Shown here: piece by piece, positions 24,389-38,385 of the stretch
How the letters are laid out: each line of letters opens with the position of its first letter
Numbering within the stretch: the first letter of the stretch is position 1
Source of the DNA: Octopus bimaculoides
Taxonomy: Eukaryota
Direction of reading: 5' to 3'
Length of the DNA: 55,830 nucleotides
Assembly: GCF_001194135.2 (NCBI RefSeq)
Contig: NC_068990.1
Coordinates: 92,329,510 to 92,385,339 of the forward strand
Notes under the pieces: generated by a model
What the model saw: only the letters and a program-made list of their open reading frames with translations
What the model was told of the DNA's origin: nothing
Databases searched by the model: none
Program-made: the position numbers and the translations under genes

Positions 24389-24694
24389 ACACATGCATAT
24401 ATAATCACTTTTTTTCTATATATATATTTTACAGCTGTTTTTCACTAAATAAATTCTTTCCTACAACATTTGTTGTAAGCTGATATCTTTAGTTCTTATC
24501 CTCCCTCATAATATAATTATATATTCATTTTTTTTAAAGGGAAGTCATGTTAACAGTGCCCAGCATATTTAATTACATTCCCTTACTTTGCTGGGGTCAA
24601 ATTTGCTCTTTGTTGTTCAAGAATTAATAATTAGAGGTCAGGTACCCCCCTCTGCCCATTGGTCAGTATTTAGAAATCATTATTAGGACAGTAT

Positions 24695-25152
24695 GCTGGC
24701 AGAATCGTTAGAGCATCAGGCAAAATGCCATGCAGTAGTTCTTTTAGTTTTTCACGTCCTGGTTTCAATTCCTGCTGTGATCATTTTTACCTTTCATTTC
24801 TTTGGAGTTGATTAAATAAATTATTAGTCATCCATTGAGGTTGATATAATTGATTAAACTGCCCCCCTCGAAATTCTGGCCTTGTGCCTAAATCAGAAAC
24901 ATAGATTAAAATTCTGTATTTGGATTAGTAGAATCTTTAGACCATTTGGCAAAATGCTCAACAGCATTCCTTCATTTCTTCCAGCTCTTTATGTTCTAAG
25001 TTCAAATTCTTCTGAGGTCAACTTTACATTTCATCCTTTTGGGGGTCAATAAAATAAAGTACCGGTCAAGTATTGGGGTTGATATAATTGACTTTCCCCC
25101 TCCTCCTAAAATTACTGGCATTATGCCAAAATTATGCCAAAATTGGAAACAT
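24695..25152 (+). mobile_element. Two tandem diverged SINE family A copies
   Basis: ctggcagaatcgttagagc... (24695-24900) and tagtagaatctttagacc...gttcaaattcttctgaggtcaactttac (24925-25152). Confidence 0.7.
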
Positions 25153-25406
25153 TTAAAGGTGGTGAGAATTTAATTATGCATAGTTTGATATAGTATTTTG
25201 GAATATGAAAATTCCTGTTTCAGATATCCCTAGGAATTGATCAATCCTAGCGATATCTGACGAAGGAATTTTTATATTCTGAAATATCATATCAGACTAT
25301 GAATGATTCAATTACAACAGTTATTATAGTCCATTGTTGTTGTTATAGTGCATTTTTGTGCCATTTAAAACAAATTATTTTTTACAAACAATACACAATA
25401 CTTCAA

Positions 25407-25545
25407 GCGATCCAGCTGTAGAAACTCTGCCAGATCAGATTGGAGCCTGGTGTAGCCACCTGGTCCACCAGTCCTCAGTCAAATCGTCCAACCCATGCTA
25501 GCATGGAAAGCAGACGTTAAACGATGATGATGATGATGATGATGA
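25407..25545 (+). mobile_element. Short 5'-truncated RTE 3' end with (GAT)n tail
   Basis: atccagctgtagaaactctgccagatcagattggagcc...gacgttaaacgatgatgat. Confidence 0.9.
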
Positions 25546-25555
25546 TATATATATA

Positions 25556-25592
<37 letters not shown>

Positions 25593-25593
25593 T

Positions 25594-25878
25594 CATTCTT
25601 TTATTTGTTTCAGTCATTTGACTGCTGCCATGCTGGACCACTGCCTTTAGTCGAACAAATCAACCCCAGGACTTATTCTTTATAAGCCTAGTACTTATTC
25701 TATCGGTCTCTTTTGCCAAACTGCTGAGTTACAGGGACTTAAACACACCACCATCAGTTGTCAAGCAATGGTGGTGGGACAAACACAAACATGCATATAT
25801 ATATATATATATATATATGATGGGCTTCTTTCAGTTTCTGTCTACCAAATCCACTNNNNNNNNNNAACACAAACATGC

Positions 25879-25909
<31 letters not shown>

Positions 25910-26070
25910 GCTTCTTTCAGTTTCTGTCTACCAAATCCACTCAGAAGGCTTTTGTCAGCCTGAGGCTATAGTAGAAGACACTTACCCAAGGTACCATGCA
26001 GTGTGTACTGAACCCGGGACCATGTGGTTTCTAAGCAAGCCTCTTACCACATAACCACTCCTGTGCCTAT
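25594..26070 (-). mobile_element. SINE family B, full length (contains an assembly duplication around the N-run)
   Basis: Reverse complement of the 40500-40878 type. Confidence 0.85.
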
Positions 26071-26109
26071 ATTAAAAAGATTTGTTATGTAAAGCTGGAA
26101 CAAGGCAAG

Positions 26110-26154
<45 letters not shown>

Positions 26155-27890
26155 GTCTTTAGCCCCAGGTCAGACCTTTGGTTAAAGGAGTTTCAGTCAT
26201 GACTGTCCTGCTGTCCCTTTTTTTAGACAACATCGTGTATATGGCGCTACATTAGCAAATGAAACTGTTCATTCATTCTTTTCAGTTGCTTGGGCGTAAT
26301 ATCCTGGTGTCAGCTACACAACATAACAAACCTGACTACACATATATAATTATATATAATTATATATCTATAATTATATATCTATAATTATATATATAAT
26401 TATATATATAATTATATATATATATCATGTGACCACTTAATTGGCCTGTCTATCAGATGTTGGTTTACATTGCTGGTCACAGTGATGCCACCCTGCTTGC
26501 TAGGCAAGCAGGCCAACGTTTTCCCTGGTCAGAAAACTACTCCACTGCAGCATTAACCATTTACAACATGTGGCCCAGAGCTAGGGTGTTGTAGTCACAA
26601 TCACTGGACCGTGTCACACCTGAGCCACTAGAGCACTTACCTATATATACATGTATGTGTGTGTGTGTGTAAATTCTATGCTGTGATGTATTGCATCGCT
26701 ATTGTTCTCACCTGCCACCACTGATTAACTAAGACAATGTGTGTATGTGTGTGTGTTTCTGTGTGTGAGTATGTTAACTGACTGTGGAATGTGTCATCTG
26801 GATGTAGTGAGTCATCAGAAGCTGGACAAGTGTCTCTACACCAGCTATCCTACTGCAGGAGAAACCTGTTATCTTCACAGACACTCTAATAATGAAGATG
26901 GTGGTGGTGGTGGTGGTGGTGGTGGTGGTGGTGGTGGTCCATCAGACTAAACTCAACCAGCTAAAGTTGGACTGTTGCCTGCTAATGGTTTTCACTCTCA
27001 TTTACTGCTTAATGTCTGCTGCTCTCATTCAATTTCTCTTTCTCTATCCTTCTCATTTACTTTCTTAGTCATTCACTCTGTTTTTCGCTTCTTCACATTT
27101 TCTTTCATACATACACTCCCTCACACATACAGCCCTTCACACACATACAGGCATGTGCGTGCACACATACACACACACACACAGGCAAACAAGCGCGTGT
27201 GCATGCACACGCACACACACACACACGCACACAGGCACACAAGCACGAATACACACACACGCACATGTGTGCGCACAGACACACACACACACTCCTTTCC
27301 AATCCATGTTACTAACAATTACAGCTAGTTAAGTCATTAATACGTCAATGTGCTTACTGAAAGGTGTCAATGTCACAATTCATATATCTATAAATAGGTA
27401 CCATGTGGAGGTGCAACTTACTACTGTAAACAATAGACTGCAAAGTATCGTATAATTAATTGACAAGTATCTTGTTAAGTTGCTGTTTTGGGTTCAGAGT
27501 TTGCTTTCTTTGATTATTATTATTTCTCTACAATGGAAGGAGTGTCTCTCAAGAACTTTTATATCATTAAAGACTGTGTCCTTGGATTTGCTTTGCCTTA
27601 TGTGTGCAAATAACAAGTTTTAATTACCCCCACCCTCCTGTAATAATATATATATATATATAAATAATATATATATACATACATATATGTACATACCTGC
27701 ATATATATGTATATATGCATGCATATATGGGTACAGGACATTAAAAAAAAAGTAAACAACATGAAATAACGAACTCTTTTTTTTTTTTCGAACAACGAAA
27801 GAAACAAATAGAGAAACGAGACAGGCAACATAAAGAACAATCCCTTCATCAGTTGTCCCCTGTTTTATCTACTCCACGTTTCGAACGCTT

Positions 27891-28315
27891 GGGTGCAGGT
27901 GTAGTTGTGTGGTAAGAAGCTATAAGTGCAGGCATGGCTGTGTGGTAAGTAGCTTGCTTACCAACCATATGGTTCTGGGTTCAGTCCCACTGTGTGGTAC
28001 CTTGGGCAAGTGTCTTCTACTATGACCTCAGGCCGACCAATGCTTTGAGAGTAGATTTGGTAGATGGAAACTGGAAGAAACCTATTGTATATATATATGT
28101 TTATATATTTGTGTGTGTGTTTGTATTTGTCCCCCCCACCATCGCTTGACAACCGATGTTGGTGTGTTTACATCCCCATAACTTAGCAATTCGGCAAATG
28201 AGACCGATAGGATAAGTACGAGTCTTACAAAGAATAAGTTCTGGGGTCAGTTTGTTCGACTAAAGGCGGTGCTCCAGCATGGCTGCAGTCAAAATGACTG
28301 AAACGAAAGAATAAA
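27891..28315 (+). mobile_element. SINE family B, full length, with a duplicated 5' head
   Basis: gggtgcaggtgtagttgtgtggtaagaagct, then gtgcaggcatggctgtgtggtaagtagcttgc...gactgaaacgaaagaataaaa. Confidence 0.85.
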
Positions 28316-28344
28316 ATGATATTATATACATGTATGTATGTATC

Positions 28345-29060
28345 ATCATCATCATAATCATTTTAATGTCCCCTTTTCCATACTTACAAGACTCGGAAAG
28401 GATTTATTGAGGTAGATTTTCTATGGTCAGATGCCCTAATTGTTGCCGATCCTCACTTCTTTGGAAGCAATGTAATATTTCTCTGTGGCCAGATTTATCA
28501 CAGATTGGTAAAGAGTAACGGTGTTTGTATGATTGTGGTGACATTCATTTACAGCTGTCATGTGACGTCAGGACATAGAAACACTAACACCACGCTCCAC
28601 CCATGCCCACACACTTCAATCAGTCAATTGAAGTCATCTGCTAAAAGAAAGAGCTCAGTGTAACAAGCAAAGTGATTGGTGTGACTTAGTATTCATTGTC
28701 TTTTTACAACATGGCCAGATCTGCTCTCAAGGCTCTCGTCGGCTTAGAATTTCCCTCCCAGTATATTTGTACTCCATTTTTTTATGCACACTAACATTAC
28801 AAATCTAATGGATAATACTCCCTTTATTTCTAACCAACCTTTGGACATCCTTCATGACAATGAAACAGTGTCCATTATTTCACTGTTGTGCAGCATCATA
28901 CAATCTGCTTTTCACTTGAAGAGAAAATCCTTTTGTTGTCAATAAAAGCAAAAGCTAACTTCCTGAACTTTTTCCATTCTGTTCTTATTCTGGCCACTAT
29001 ACTTTCGAAGCATCCACTATCACTGCTATTCAGGTCCCCCAGGCTAATAGGAACCGTTAA
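28345..29060 (-). mobile_element. Decayed RTE-clade LINE (RT C-terminus, 3' UTR, tail)
   Basis: Minus strand: SLGDLNSSDSGCFESIVARIRTEWKKFRKL, GFSLQVKSRLYDA and ICNVSVH, collinear with the RT at 6572; (CAT)n tail at 28345. Confidence 0.8.
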
Positions 29061-29180
29061 CAGAGAGCATAATGAGTGTCTGAAAGGACTTTTACTATGG
29101 TTGTTCTTACTACTAATTAATTCTGTACATCTGCTACACCTAAATTTTATTATACAGCAGGGGGGGGGGGTCATTATGCC

Positions 29181-29370
29181 AATAATAAACACCTGCACTG
29201 GTTCCATTTCACTTCTTTATTTATTTGTCAATTGGTTAATCATTTAACCAATTGATGGTTTGATTGACTGAATGATTAATCAGACAATCAATCAGTTATT
29301 TAATTAAATGGTTAACCAATTGACAAATAAATAAAGAAGTGAAATGGAACCAGCGCATGTGTTTATTATT
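29181..29370. repeat. 190-bp foldback palindrome
   Basis: Arms 29181-29247 and 29304-29370 match at 64/67 positions as reverse complements; there is an inner 10/11 stem (29261-29271 / 29280-29290). Confidence 0.95.
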
Positions 29371-29803
29371 GATGCGGTGACCTCTCCAGATACAATATGT
29401 TTCAACATAAGAGTTCACATAAAAATTCTTGCAAACCAAATACAAAACCGAAATCCCCAATGACTAGCTTCTCTGCTAGCCCTGCCTGCAATTCCACTTC
29501 ACACATTTAGTCACCCGCATAACCAGATGAAGTGAAAAACTCAGGGTCCCAAAAGAGTATGTCATCAGCCCCCATTGAATGTGGGTGTGTGTGTGTGTGT
29601 GTTTGGGTGGGTGGCTTTGTGTTAATATTGAAATTCCAATCATTTTACTGTCAATTATTGAAGACAACATCCTGTTCGTCTGTGCTATTATTTGTTTGTT
29701 GTTATCTGTGTTGTTTGTATATCTATGTGTTGCTGTTTCCATTATCTTTTCTGAATTATTCCCCACACTGCAACATCATTCCTCACTTAATCATGTACAC
29801 ACA

Positions 29804-29854
<51 letters not shown>

Positions 29855-31783
29855 TTATAGATGTATATACATGTGTGTTTGCACATATATATATATATAT
29901 ATATATACATATATATGTCTGCACTGTATATCTCTGTAACCTGGCTCTCTCTGCCATCCACCATCTTATCTCTTTTTCTCACCATTTCTCATCAACTCTG
30001 ACTAAGTCTGTGAAATTTTCCACTTGAACTTTTCATGGCAAAATTGTGTCAAACTTAAAGAGAAGAGAACATCCTGACATCTTCACATGNNNNNNNNNNA
30101 CCCTGTTTCTCTCTTTCTGTGACAAATAGAAGAATAACAAAATAATTCTTTTTTGGCTGCTCCCTTCATGTTTTCTTGAATTCTGACTTTCCATTTCATT
30201 GTGATTCTTCACTCTCCATTCTTGCTTTCTCTTAGTCTATCTAATTCTTCTTCTTTCATTTGCTCTCGCCTCTCTCTCTTTTACGCATTTTGTTTATTTT
30301 TCGCAATGTATATATACGTCTACCTATCTATCTGTTTGTCTGTCTATCTGTCTGTCTAGATAGATACTATTTAATGTAATATATACACGCAGATAAATAT
30401 ATTTAGTATATATTCTTCTGTCTGTCAATGTATGTATTTGTATTTGTGTGTGTGTGTGTGTGTGTTTATGTCCATCTGTCTGTCTGTCTATCTATGTAGC
30501 TAATTTATATCCAATATATAATTGTCATATATTTCATTTAATTCTCAACTTGTGTATTCAAGGGAAGAGTAAATACAATTTGGTGATGTGAGGTGGTGAT
30601 GTTATTGTGGTATTAATAATGTGATTGTGGTGGAGTAGTAGTAGTGGTGATGGTGGTATTTGGGGTGTGATGCGGTATGAAGTTGGTGGTGATGGTGATG
30701 CAGTTGTGATGGGTTGCAGTGGTGGTGCTGGTGGTGATGCTGGCAGCAGAGATGTAATGATAATGATGGTGGTGATGACTTTATATATATATATTCAATC
30801 ATTTCTTCATTTCTTTTTTTTTTTTTTATATTTCTTCAAATTTTGTGCTTCCATACTATTTTCCTCAAGGCTCCCCTATCTCTGCTCTCCCCTATCTCCT
30901 TTCTCTCCTTTATCATCCTCTTGTCTTTACTCTCCTCTGCCATCAACCATTCTTTCTAGCTTGCTCATCTTGACTGAAACAACTTCATGCTATTTACATA
31001 CAAATATGTTAGCATGCCTTCACTTGCCTGCATGCACACGTGCGCGTGCACACACACATGCGCGTGCACACACACATGCGCACACATAAATACTTGCACT
31101 ATTCTGTGTATACAAAGATACAAACACAGATTAAGATACATACTTGCTTACACATTGTCATCCGTCACACATACACATGCTCACATAAAGACACAATCAT
31201 TCTTTACACTTATATACATATATACATACATGTGCGCATATACGCACACACATGCACATTTGCTCAGAAAAAGACACTTATTCCTCACACACATGTACAT
31301 AGACACACACACACACATAAACAGTTGCTCACATTATCACTCTTTACACATATATACACATACACTTTTGTTCAAACACTGTCGCCCCCTCACGTATATA
31401 TACGTACACACACAAACACTTGCTCACATAAACACACGGAACCTTTACACACATACACACATATTTGCTTAAACATAAATGCTCTCGCCTCTCACAATAT
31501 ATGCACACAAACACACACACACACACTTTTCCATAAATGCATTCTCACTTCTCACTCTTACACATACACACAGACAACGAATCCTCTTACATAATAGACA
31601 TATATAAGCATGTATATATGCATGCTTACTTATGCACAGACAGACACACACACACGCATGAATATTGGAAGTACTTCCTATTAAAAATTCATATAAAATA
31701 TTGTAGATATTAAGTGAGGAGATATTTGGTAATACTGTGGCAGGTTGTTACTTAGATGTAGTGGTTGTGTAAATACACACACA

Positions 31784-31945
31784 CGACAGGCTTCCTTCAG
31801 TTTCTGTCTACCAAATCCACTCACAAGGCTTTGGTCGGCCCAAGGCTATACTAGAAGACACTTGCCCAAGGTGACATGCAATGGGACTGAACCCGGAACC
31901 ATGTAGTTGGTAAGCAAGCTATTTACCACACAGCCATGCTTGCAC
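31784..31945 (-). mobile_element. SINE family B (5' half)
   Basis: acgacaggcttccttcagtttctgtctaccaaatccactcacaagg...ttaccacacagccatgcttgcacc. Confidence 0.85.
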
Positions 31946-32135
31946 CTATATACAAACATTATAACAATCATATGTAAAAAACATAGCGTTACACATTCGC
32001 AGCATATGTAAATATTTGTGTATACCTGCACACACATTTTAGAAGCGATATAACACATGACAGCATACAATACAATTTACATATTACAATAATCTTACAG
32101 TTGAATTTTTGAAATTTCTTCTGTTGCCATAGTTA

Positions 32136-32930
32136 CCGTATTTTCCGTATAATACTTTTAAAATCCATCCTGTTTTATACCACACAGCCACTTCTGCACC
32201 TATATTTCAAAATGTTTTTAAAATGGTTTCACTATTTGGCAGTTTATTAGAAATAAAATGCCATGCTTTACCATAACACACATAAAAGAGAAAAAGCGGG
32301 AGAAATAGTTTATTTATTTGAAAAATACTTATTCAGGCTCATCTCAACTAAATCTCCATCTTTACATTGCATGCAGCTGCCAAGTTCTTTTTCCAAGTTT
32401 AACCAAATTTGCATGCTTCACTCAATGTTAGGGAGTCAATATCCTTAACTGTTTGAACTCTTCAAATTTGTAAAATTCTTCCCATCGTTTGTTGTTGATT
32501 TTTCACCAACCCCTTGATTGTCTGCTTCTTCATATTCATACTGTTAATCGAAATCAAGAATATTCTGATCGATTAATTCTTCTGAAAGCAATCACGAATG
32601 TCTGCATCAAATTTTTCTTTTATCCCAAAACATCAAGATAATTTTTCTTCTACCTTTTTTTTATCTGCACTTGTTACCTCACCTTTTAATTAACATTGTA
32701 AACTTCTATTTGAGTTTAGAATTTGTAAACCCAACTAGATCTTACAGTAGAAGTTTCTTCAGATGCTGCTAGAATCTGATTTCCTTTTGTTAAGTGCAGA
32801 GATGATTAATGTTTCCATTTCACATGTAATGGTGCTTAAGGGAATTTGTTTTTGGTTGCAGTCTTCCAATGATTTAATCTGTTGCTCCATTTAAACCTTT
32901 TGTTACAATATTTCTGCTGAAATACACTTC
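32136..32930 (-). mobile_element. Decayed Tigger/pogo-family transposon
   Basis: TA|CCGTATTTTCCG terminus. Minus-strand motifs EDCNQKQIPLST (CENP-B-type HTH region, cf. WIED..Q..IPLS) and GEVTSAD (cf. GEAASAD). Confidence 0.6.
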
Positions 32931-33039
32931 TTTTGCTTCAATTAATTTTGAAAATAATGATGACTTTATCATTTATTAAGTTAGTGTTTGAAACATAAAT
33001 TGACAAGAATTTTAATGGAAACTTTTAATTCAGATCATT

Positions 33040-33270
33040 TTAACTCTTTTGTTACCATATTTTTATTGAAATCCATTGCCTTTGCTCCAATTAATTCTGA
33101 AAATAATAACAGATTTAGTAAAATAACTTTATGATTTATTAAATTAGTGTTTGAAACATAAATTGACATGAAATTTTGTTGGAAGCTTTTAATTTAGATC
33201 ATTTAAAACAGGAACTTTACATTGTGGAAGCAGGGGTGGGCCTGAGTGGGTTGGTGTCAAAAGGGATTAA
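33040..33270. mobile_element. piggyBac-like MITE with TTAA at both ends
   Basis: TTAA|ctcttttgttacc ... gtgtcaaaaggga|TTAA; preceded by a partial duplicate at about 32935-33040. Confidence 0.65.
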
Positions 33271-33479
33271 CATTGCCTCCTGGTCCTTCGCTGCTTCAGC
33301 AGTGTCTATTCAGTTGCAAGCATTCATTCTAAATGTTTGCTCTGATGAATACGTTCCTCCCACCAGTTATAAAAACCTTGAAAAGGGTCATGCGTACTGC
33401 TGCCTTTCTTCTTCTGGTTAAGTTATTAATCATCTCCACCATCATCGTCATCATCATCATCAACATCATCCCCACCATC

Positions 33480-33730
33480 ATCGTCATCATCATCATCATC
33501 ATCATAGTTTGAAATCCACTTTTCCATGCTTGCATGGTTCAGATGGAGTGTAGTGAGGCAGATTTTCTACAGCTGGACACCCTTCCTGTCACCAACCCTT
33601 ATCTGTTTCCAAGCAACGCAATATTTCCCCATTAACAGACTTGTCACAAACTTGGAAATGAATGACACTGCTTGTATGACAGTGACACTCATTTACAACT
33701 GCCACACAATGTCAAAACCAGGAGACACAA
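33480..33730 (-). mobile_element. RTE-type 3' end, second subfamily
   Basis: (CAT)n, then tccacttttccatgcttgcatgg...ttggaaatgaatgacactgcttgtatgacagtgac; also present at 51340-51525 and 28345-28600. Confidence 0.7.
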
Positions 33731-33739
33731 ACATACATG

Positions 33740-33805
<66 letters not shown>

Positions 33806-34334
33806 CGTGAATATATGTGTTTCTATACATGATGTCCGTCGATTTTCAATTCTATGCACNNNNNNNNNNNNNNNNNNNNNNNNNNNNNNNNNNNNNNNNN
33901 NNNNNNNNNNNNNNNNNNNNNNNNNNNNNNNNNNNNNNNNNNNNNNNNNNNNNNNNNNNNNNNNNNNNNNNNNNNNNNNNNNNNNNNNNNNNNNNNNNNN
34001 NNNNNNNNNNNNNNNNNNNNNNNNNNNNNNNNNNNNNNNNNNNNNNNNNNNNNNNNNNNNNNNNNNNNNNNNNNNNNNNNNNNNNNNNNNNNNNNNNNNN
34101 NNNNNNNNNNNNNNNNNNNNNNNNNNNNNNNNNNNNNNNNNNNNNNNNNNNNNNNNNNNNNNNNNNNNNNNNNNNNNNNNNNNNNNNNNNNNNNNNNNNN
34201 NNNNNNNNNNNNNNNNNNNNNNNNNNNNNNNNNNNNNNNNNNNNNNNNNNNNNNNNNNNNNNNNNNNNNNNNNNNNNNNNNNNNNNNNNNNCTCCAGAGA
34301 GGTAGCAACATTTTCAATGCCATCATCATCTTCA

Positions 34335-34365
<31 letters not shown>

Positions 34366-35175
34366 CATCATTGTAATCAGTATTTACTATCGTCATATTT
34401 TCGAGGCTGTATAGGCCTGCATGCCCATAGCCGGCACTCTGCCAAATTGTTTGATGTTCTAAGTTGATGAAACTTCAGAGTAAATAGGTAATGCTGTTTG
34501 ATCATGAAAAACCTGTTTAATTACGGTGGAGGCTTTTTACTTCCATCCTCATCACCACCACCACCACCAATGGTAAGATGGCCAAGTGTGAGAAGGTACT
34601 GCACAGTCTACTTGTTGATTGTGAGTTCAAAACTCACTGCTGGTACTTCTAGGAAGAACATTTTATTCTGTATCAACACAGTTGAGTTAGTTTCTTTTTT
34701 GTGGAAATCATCTGGGGAAGCTATCTACAATAGGCTGGTCAGTGTGTGTAAGGGGTGGTGTGTGTATGTGTGCATTGGCTGGTGTATGTATGTAATGGCT
34801 GGTGTGTGTGTGTTGGTATATGTATATGAGAATGTACCAGTTAGTGTCACTGACCAAAAAAAACAAAAAGGTTCACTCTCTACTTCAGAATTCATCAATC
34901 AGTTATGAAGGTCATTCTTACGTCTATAAAAACAGATTCCATTTTCCATTTTATGGTACAGTAGTCAACACTAGGAAGGTCATTCATCCAACTGAACTGA
35001 ATAAATAATGGTTCTAGCTGAGAAAAACCATCTACAAAATTTGCTTTTGTTACATTTATTCAAACCCCAAAGAATCCCTCTCAACACATGGCTGTGATGC
35101 TCCTCCATTACTCCTGCTCGTGATCAGAGATGCACGTATTGCTCAACTGGTTAAGGTCAAACAACTTTTCTACTC

Positions 35176-35332
35176 TAGGCACAAGGGCCGAAACTTTTGG
35201 GGAGGGGGCCAATCGATCATATCGACCCCAGGCAAAGTCAACACCATGGCTGCATTTGAACTCAGAACGTAAAGACAGATGAAATACCACGAAGCATTTC
35301 ACCTGGCGTGCTAACGTTTCTGCCAGCTCGCA
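35176..35332 (-). mobile_element. SINE family A with internal deletion
   Basis: aggcacaagggccgaaac...ttgaactcagaacgtaaagac...gtttctgccagctcgc. Confidence 0.8.
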
Positions 35333-36309
35333 GTCTTGTTAGGGTCAAGCAACTGATAAGTAAATCTGGGTGTTAAGCAGAATATTTGCTATAATGATAT
35401 TTCTGCTTCAGCAACTCAGCATTGAATCTGTCTGAAATGTAATGGAAAATAGGTCAGTTTGCAAACATTGATGTCCAGGTCACAAAAGCAAAGTTTGAAG
35501 GGATTAGTCATCATTTCTGCTTGATTTCTAGAAGCAAATAGGGAATAACACTTACTGACCAAAGACCAAACATGAAAAAAAATTAAAATTTTGTTACACA
35601 GTGTTATTGATTAATAAAAGAGCAAAATATCTAATTGGATGGTATATTGTGTCAGTGATATCATTTCCAATGAGAAATATGTGAAGTTAAACTTGTCTGA
35701 ACTAGAACTTTGAACCACTAAAATGCTGAACAAATGAACAATCTAAGACAGTAACAAGCAAAATGATTTCTTAATATTCCATTATTTGAAAATTTAATTT
35801 GTCGATTTTCATATGTTTGAAAACCAGAGAATTGGGTGTAGTCAGCTAAGATATAATTCAAAGACTTTAGTTCTTATCTTCTTCCTCCATTTCCTCTTTT
35901 CTGCTAGGCATATTTCTTGAGATTTTATAGAAATTATGAAAATTATGTCACGCGTGATGATTGGAAGGGAACAACACAGAAATCTTGAAAATTTTAACAA
36001 AACCCTCCACCTCACCACCGCCAACAACACATCTAGGGCAAACTACTGAATGAAAGATGGCAGGATATCAACATTTTAAGATTTTTATGCACAGAGACAA
36101 TATGATTTGTTACATAATTCAGATGATTTGTCTGGAATTCATCTCAAATGTCTCCATTCTCTCCCCAAACATTTTTTCATGCTCTTCTTTCTACAATATT
36201 CCGCAAAATCCTTATCTCTCCCCTCCCACCACTCCTCTCTGCTTTAACCTTGCTCTCTCAAGAAGCCACCTTCACTTCTTTCTTTGTTTCTCTTCTCACT
36301 CCCTACCAC

Positions 36310-36505
36310 TTCCACACCACCACTACCACCACCATCTCACGTACCACCATTACCACAACCACCTACCACCACCACCACCACCACTAATACCGCCAATACT
36401 GCCCACTATTACCGTTGACACCAACACCACCCCTTTTACTACGACGACCACCACCACCACCAGTACCACCACGACCACCTTCTCTACTCCCACTACCACC
36501 ACCAC
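36310..36505. repeat. (CCA/CTA)n low-complexity tract
   Basis: Directly visible; explains the His/Pro/Thr-run ORFs. Confidence 0.9.
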
Positions 36506-36820
36506 TTTCCAATTACTCATTCCTTCCATTCTCTCCTATATTCCACTCAACATTTTTTCCAGAACTACTCCCCACCCCCCTACTTTCACTGTCACCCTCT
36601 TCCAATCCTTTCCCTTTCCTTTTACTTTGTTACCACTCCCTTAGCTATATCTCCCACCTCACCTCCATCCCCTACAACCCCCAACCACCACCATTTTGTT
36701 TGGATCCACTTGAAAAAAAAGTCATGTTTTTAACAAAACTCGTTTCTTTTTTGGATATTTACAGTTTCTTCTGCCATATATCTGACACTCTAGTCTTCTA
36801 CTACTACCACCACCACTACC

Positions 36821-36858
<38 letters not shown>

Positions 36859-37428
36859 ACACAAATGCATTTGAATACATTCAGACATATGAGAGAGGAG
36901 GAGGGAGTGGAAAAAGAAAGAGTAAAGAGAAAGGGCAGGAGGAAAAGTGAGAGATGGTGAAATAGGAGAGATAGAGAGGGAGGGGGGAGAGAAAGACAAA
37001 GTACTCAATACATGTAATTCAAAAGTTTGTTCACTCGTTTGAGGCTGAAGTTTTCACTTCTTTGCAAACTTTATATTTTTATTGATTTGGTGTGAGAGAC
37101 AGGAGGTTGTTTGTGTCTTTTGCTTTCACAGGCCCTTTCAGATCAACAAGACCAATGAGGTAGTGTGGTGTTTAAGTTTTAATTAATAAATGTACATTTG
37201 TGTGTGTGTATGTGTGTGCGTGAGTCATCTCGCCTTGTTGGACCACTGAACTCTACACTGTTTTTCTCTCTCCATTTTTTTCATCTTATTTCTTACTGTC
37301 AAAGAGCATAGGCTTAAAACATGAAGAACTTTTTCATTCTTCCTGAACGTTAAACTAACAATACACCTACTTGTTGTTCCTACACCTGTCTTTGTCTTTT
37401 GTTTTACTGTAAATTTGAACTCTATATA

Positions 37429-37669
37429 CAGTAATCCCTTGACTATCGCTGCTGTTACATTCCAAAATCCCCTGCAATAGGTGAAAATGCACAAAGTAGA
37501 AACAGTCCTGTACTGTATATTTTTCTTTTTTAATTATTTTCATAACTTGTATATATTTATTTTACTTTAAATGCAAAACACCACCAGGCAGGAATCAATG
37601 TAAGCTTAAATAATAAACTATGATAGATGAACCATGATAGGTGGACTGTAATATGGTGAGGAATTACTG
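37429..37669. mobile_element. Tigger/pogo-like MITE with TA target duplication
   Basis: TA|CAGTAATCCCTT ... GAGGAATTACTG|TA terminal inverted repeats. Confidence 0.75.
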
Positions 37670-37679
37670 TATGTATGTT

Positions 37680-38385
37680 TGAAGGCTGATCTCTGGGCAC
37701 TGAGCCTTACAAAGGAGATGACTAAGGAGTGAGATATCTGGTGCCTTGCTGTACTCAAGAGGTCTCACCCACCACAGCATAGTTGTTAATGCTCCCCCCA
37801 CCTGCCAGCTGAAGAGGTTCTCACTTTGCAAGCCCCTTATACTGGTCCACCTGTATTGGTTCATGTAAAAAGCACCCAGCACATTCTGTAAAGTGGTTGT
37901 CATTAGGAAGAGCATCAAGTCATAGAAACCAAGTCTGGTACTTATTCTGTTGGTCTCTTTTATGAAACTGTTAAGCCACAGGGATGTAAACAAACCAACA
38001 CTGGTTGTCAAGCGGAGGTTAAGGGCACTAACACACACACACATACATTACATGACAGGCTTCTTTCAGTTTCCGTCTACCAAATTTGCTCACAAGGCAT
38101 TAGCTGGTTTGTAGTTATAGCAGAAGGCAGCAAGGTAGTGCACACTAAGAATGAACCTAAATCCATCATCGTCATTTAATGTCTTTTGTCCATGCTGGCA
38201 TGGGTTGGACAGTTTGACCAGAGCGGGGAAGCTGCACCAGACTCCTATCTGATTTGGTATAGTTTCTATGGCTGGATTAGCGCCAACCACTTTACAGAGT
38301 TTATTGGGTACTTTTATGTGGCACCACACAGGCACTTTTACATGGCACTGCACGGGCACTTTACGTGGCACCACCATCATGGGGT
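37680..38385. mobile_element. Cluster: RTE ORF end and 3' UTR (+, about 37680-37935), SINE-B (-, about 37935-38150), RTE 3' end (-, about 38160-38385)
   Basis: KADLWALSLTKEMTKE*DIW resembles an RTE ORF end; the SINE-B and RTE tail sequences match the other copies. Confidence 0.65.

Noticed and set aside
27730-27885. Minus-strand GAAAC...CTGATGA pair suggesting a second hammerhead in a Penelope-like end
   Set aside because: I could not build stems I and II or find a valid NUH cleavage triplet in any topology; at best it is a decayed remnant.
33176-33421. Coding-looking 81-aa ORF
   Set aside because: Its 5' third is the end of the TTAA MITE, there are no good splice signals, and all minus-strand frames contain stops.
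34570-34647. tRNA-Leu/Ser-like sequence
   Set aside because: The A/B boxes are degenerate and there is no acceptor or anticodon stem; at most it is a SINE-head relic.
37115-37160. Other AG...GT micro-exon candidates (for example about 37134-37160, 11097-11143, 48123-48163)
   Set aside because: One splice site is weak or the phase is incompatible, and such matches are expected by chance in long AT-rich introns.
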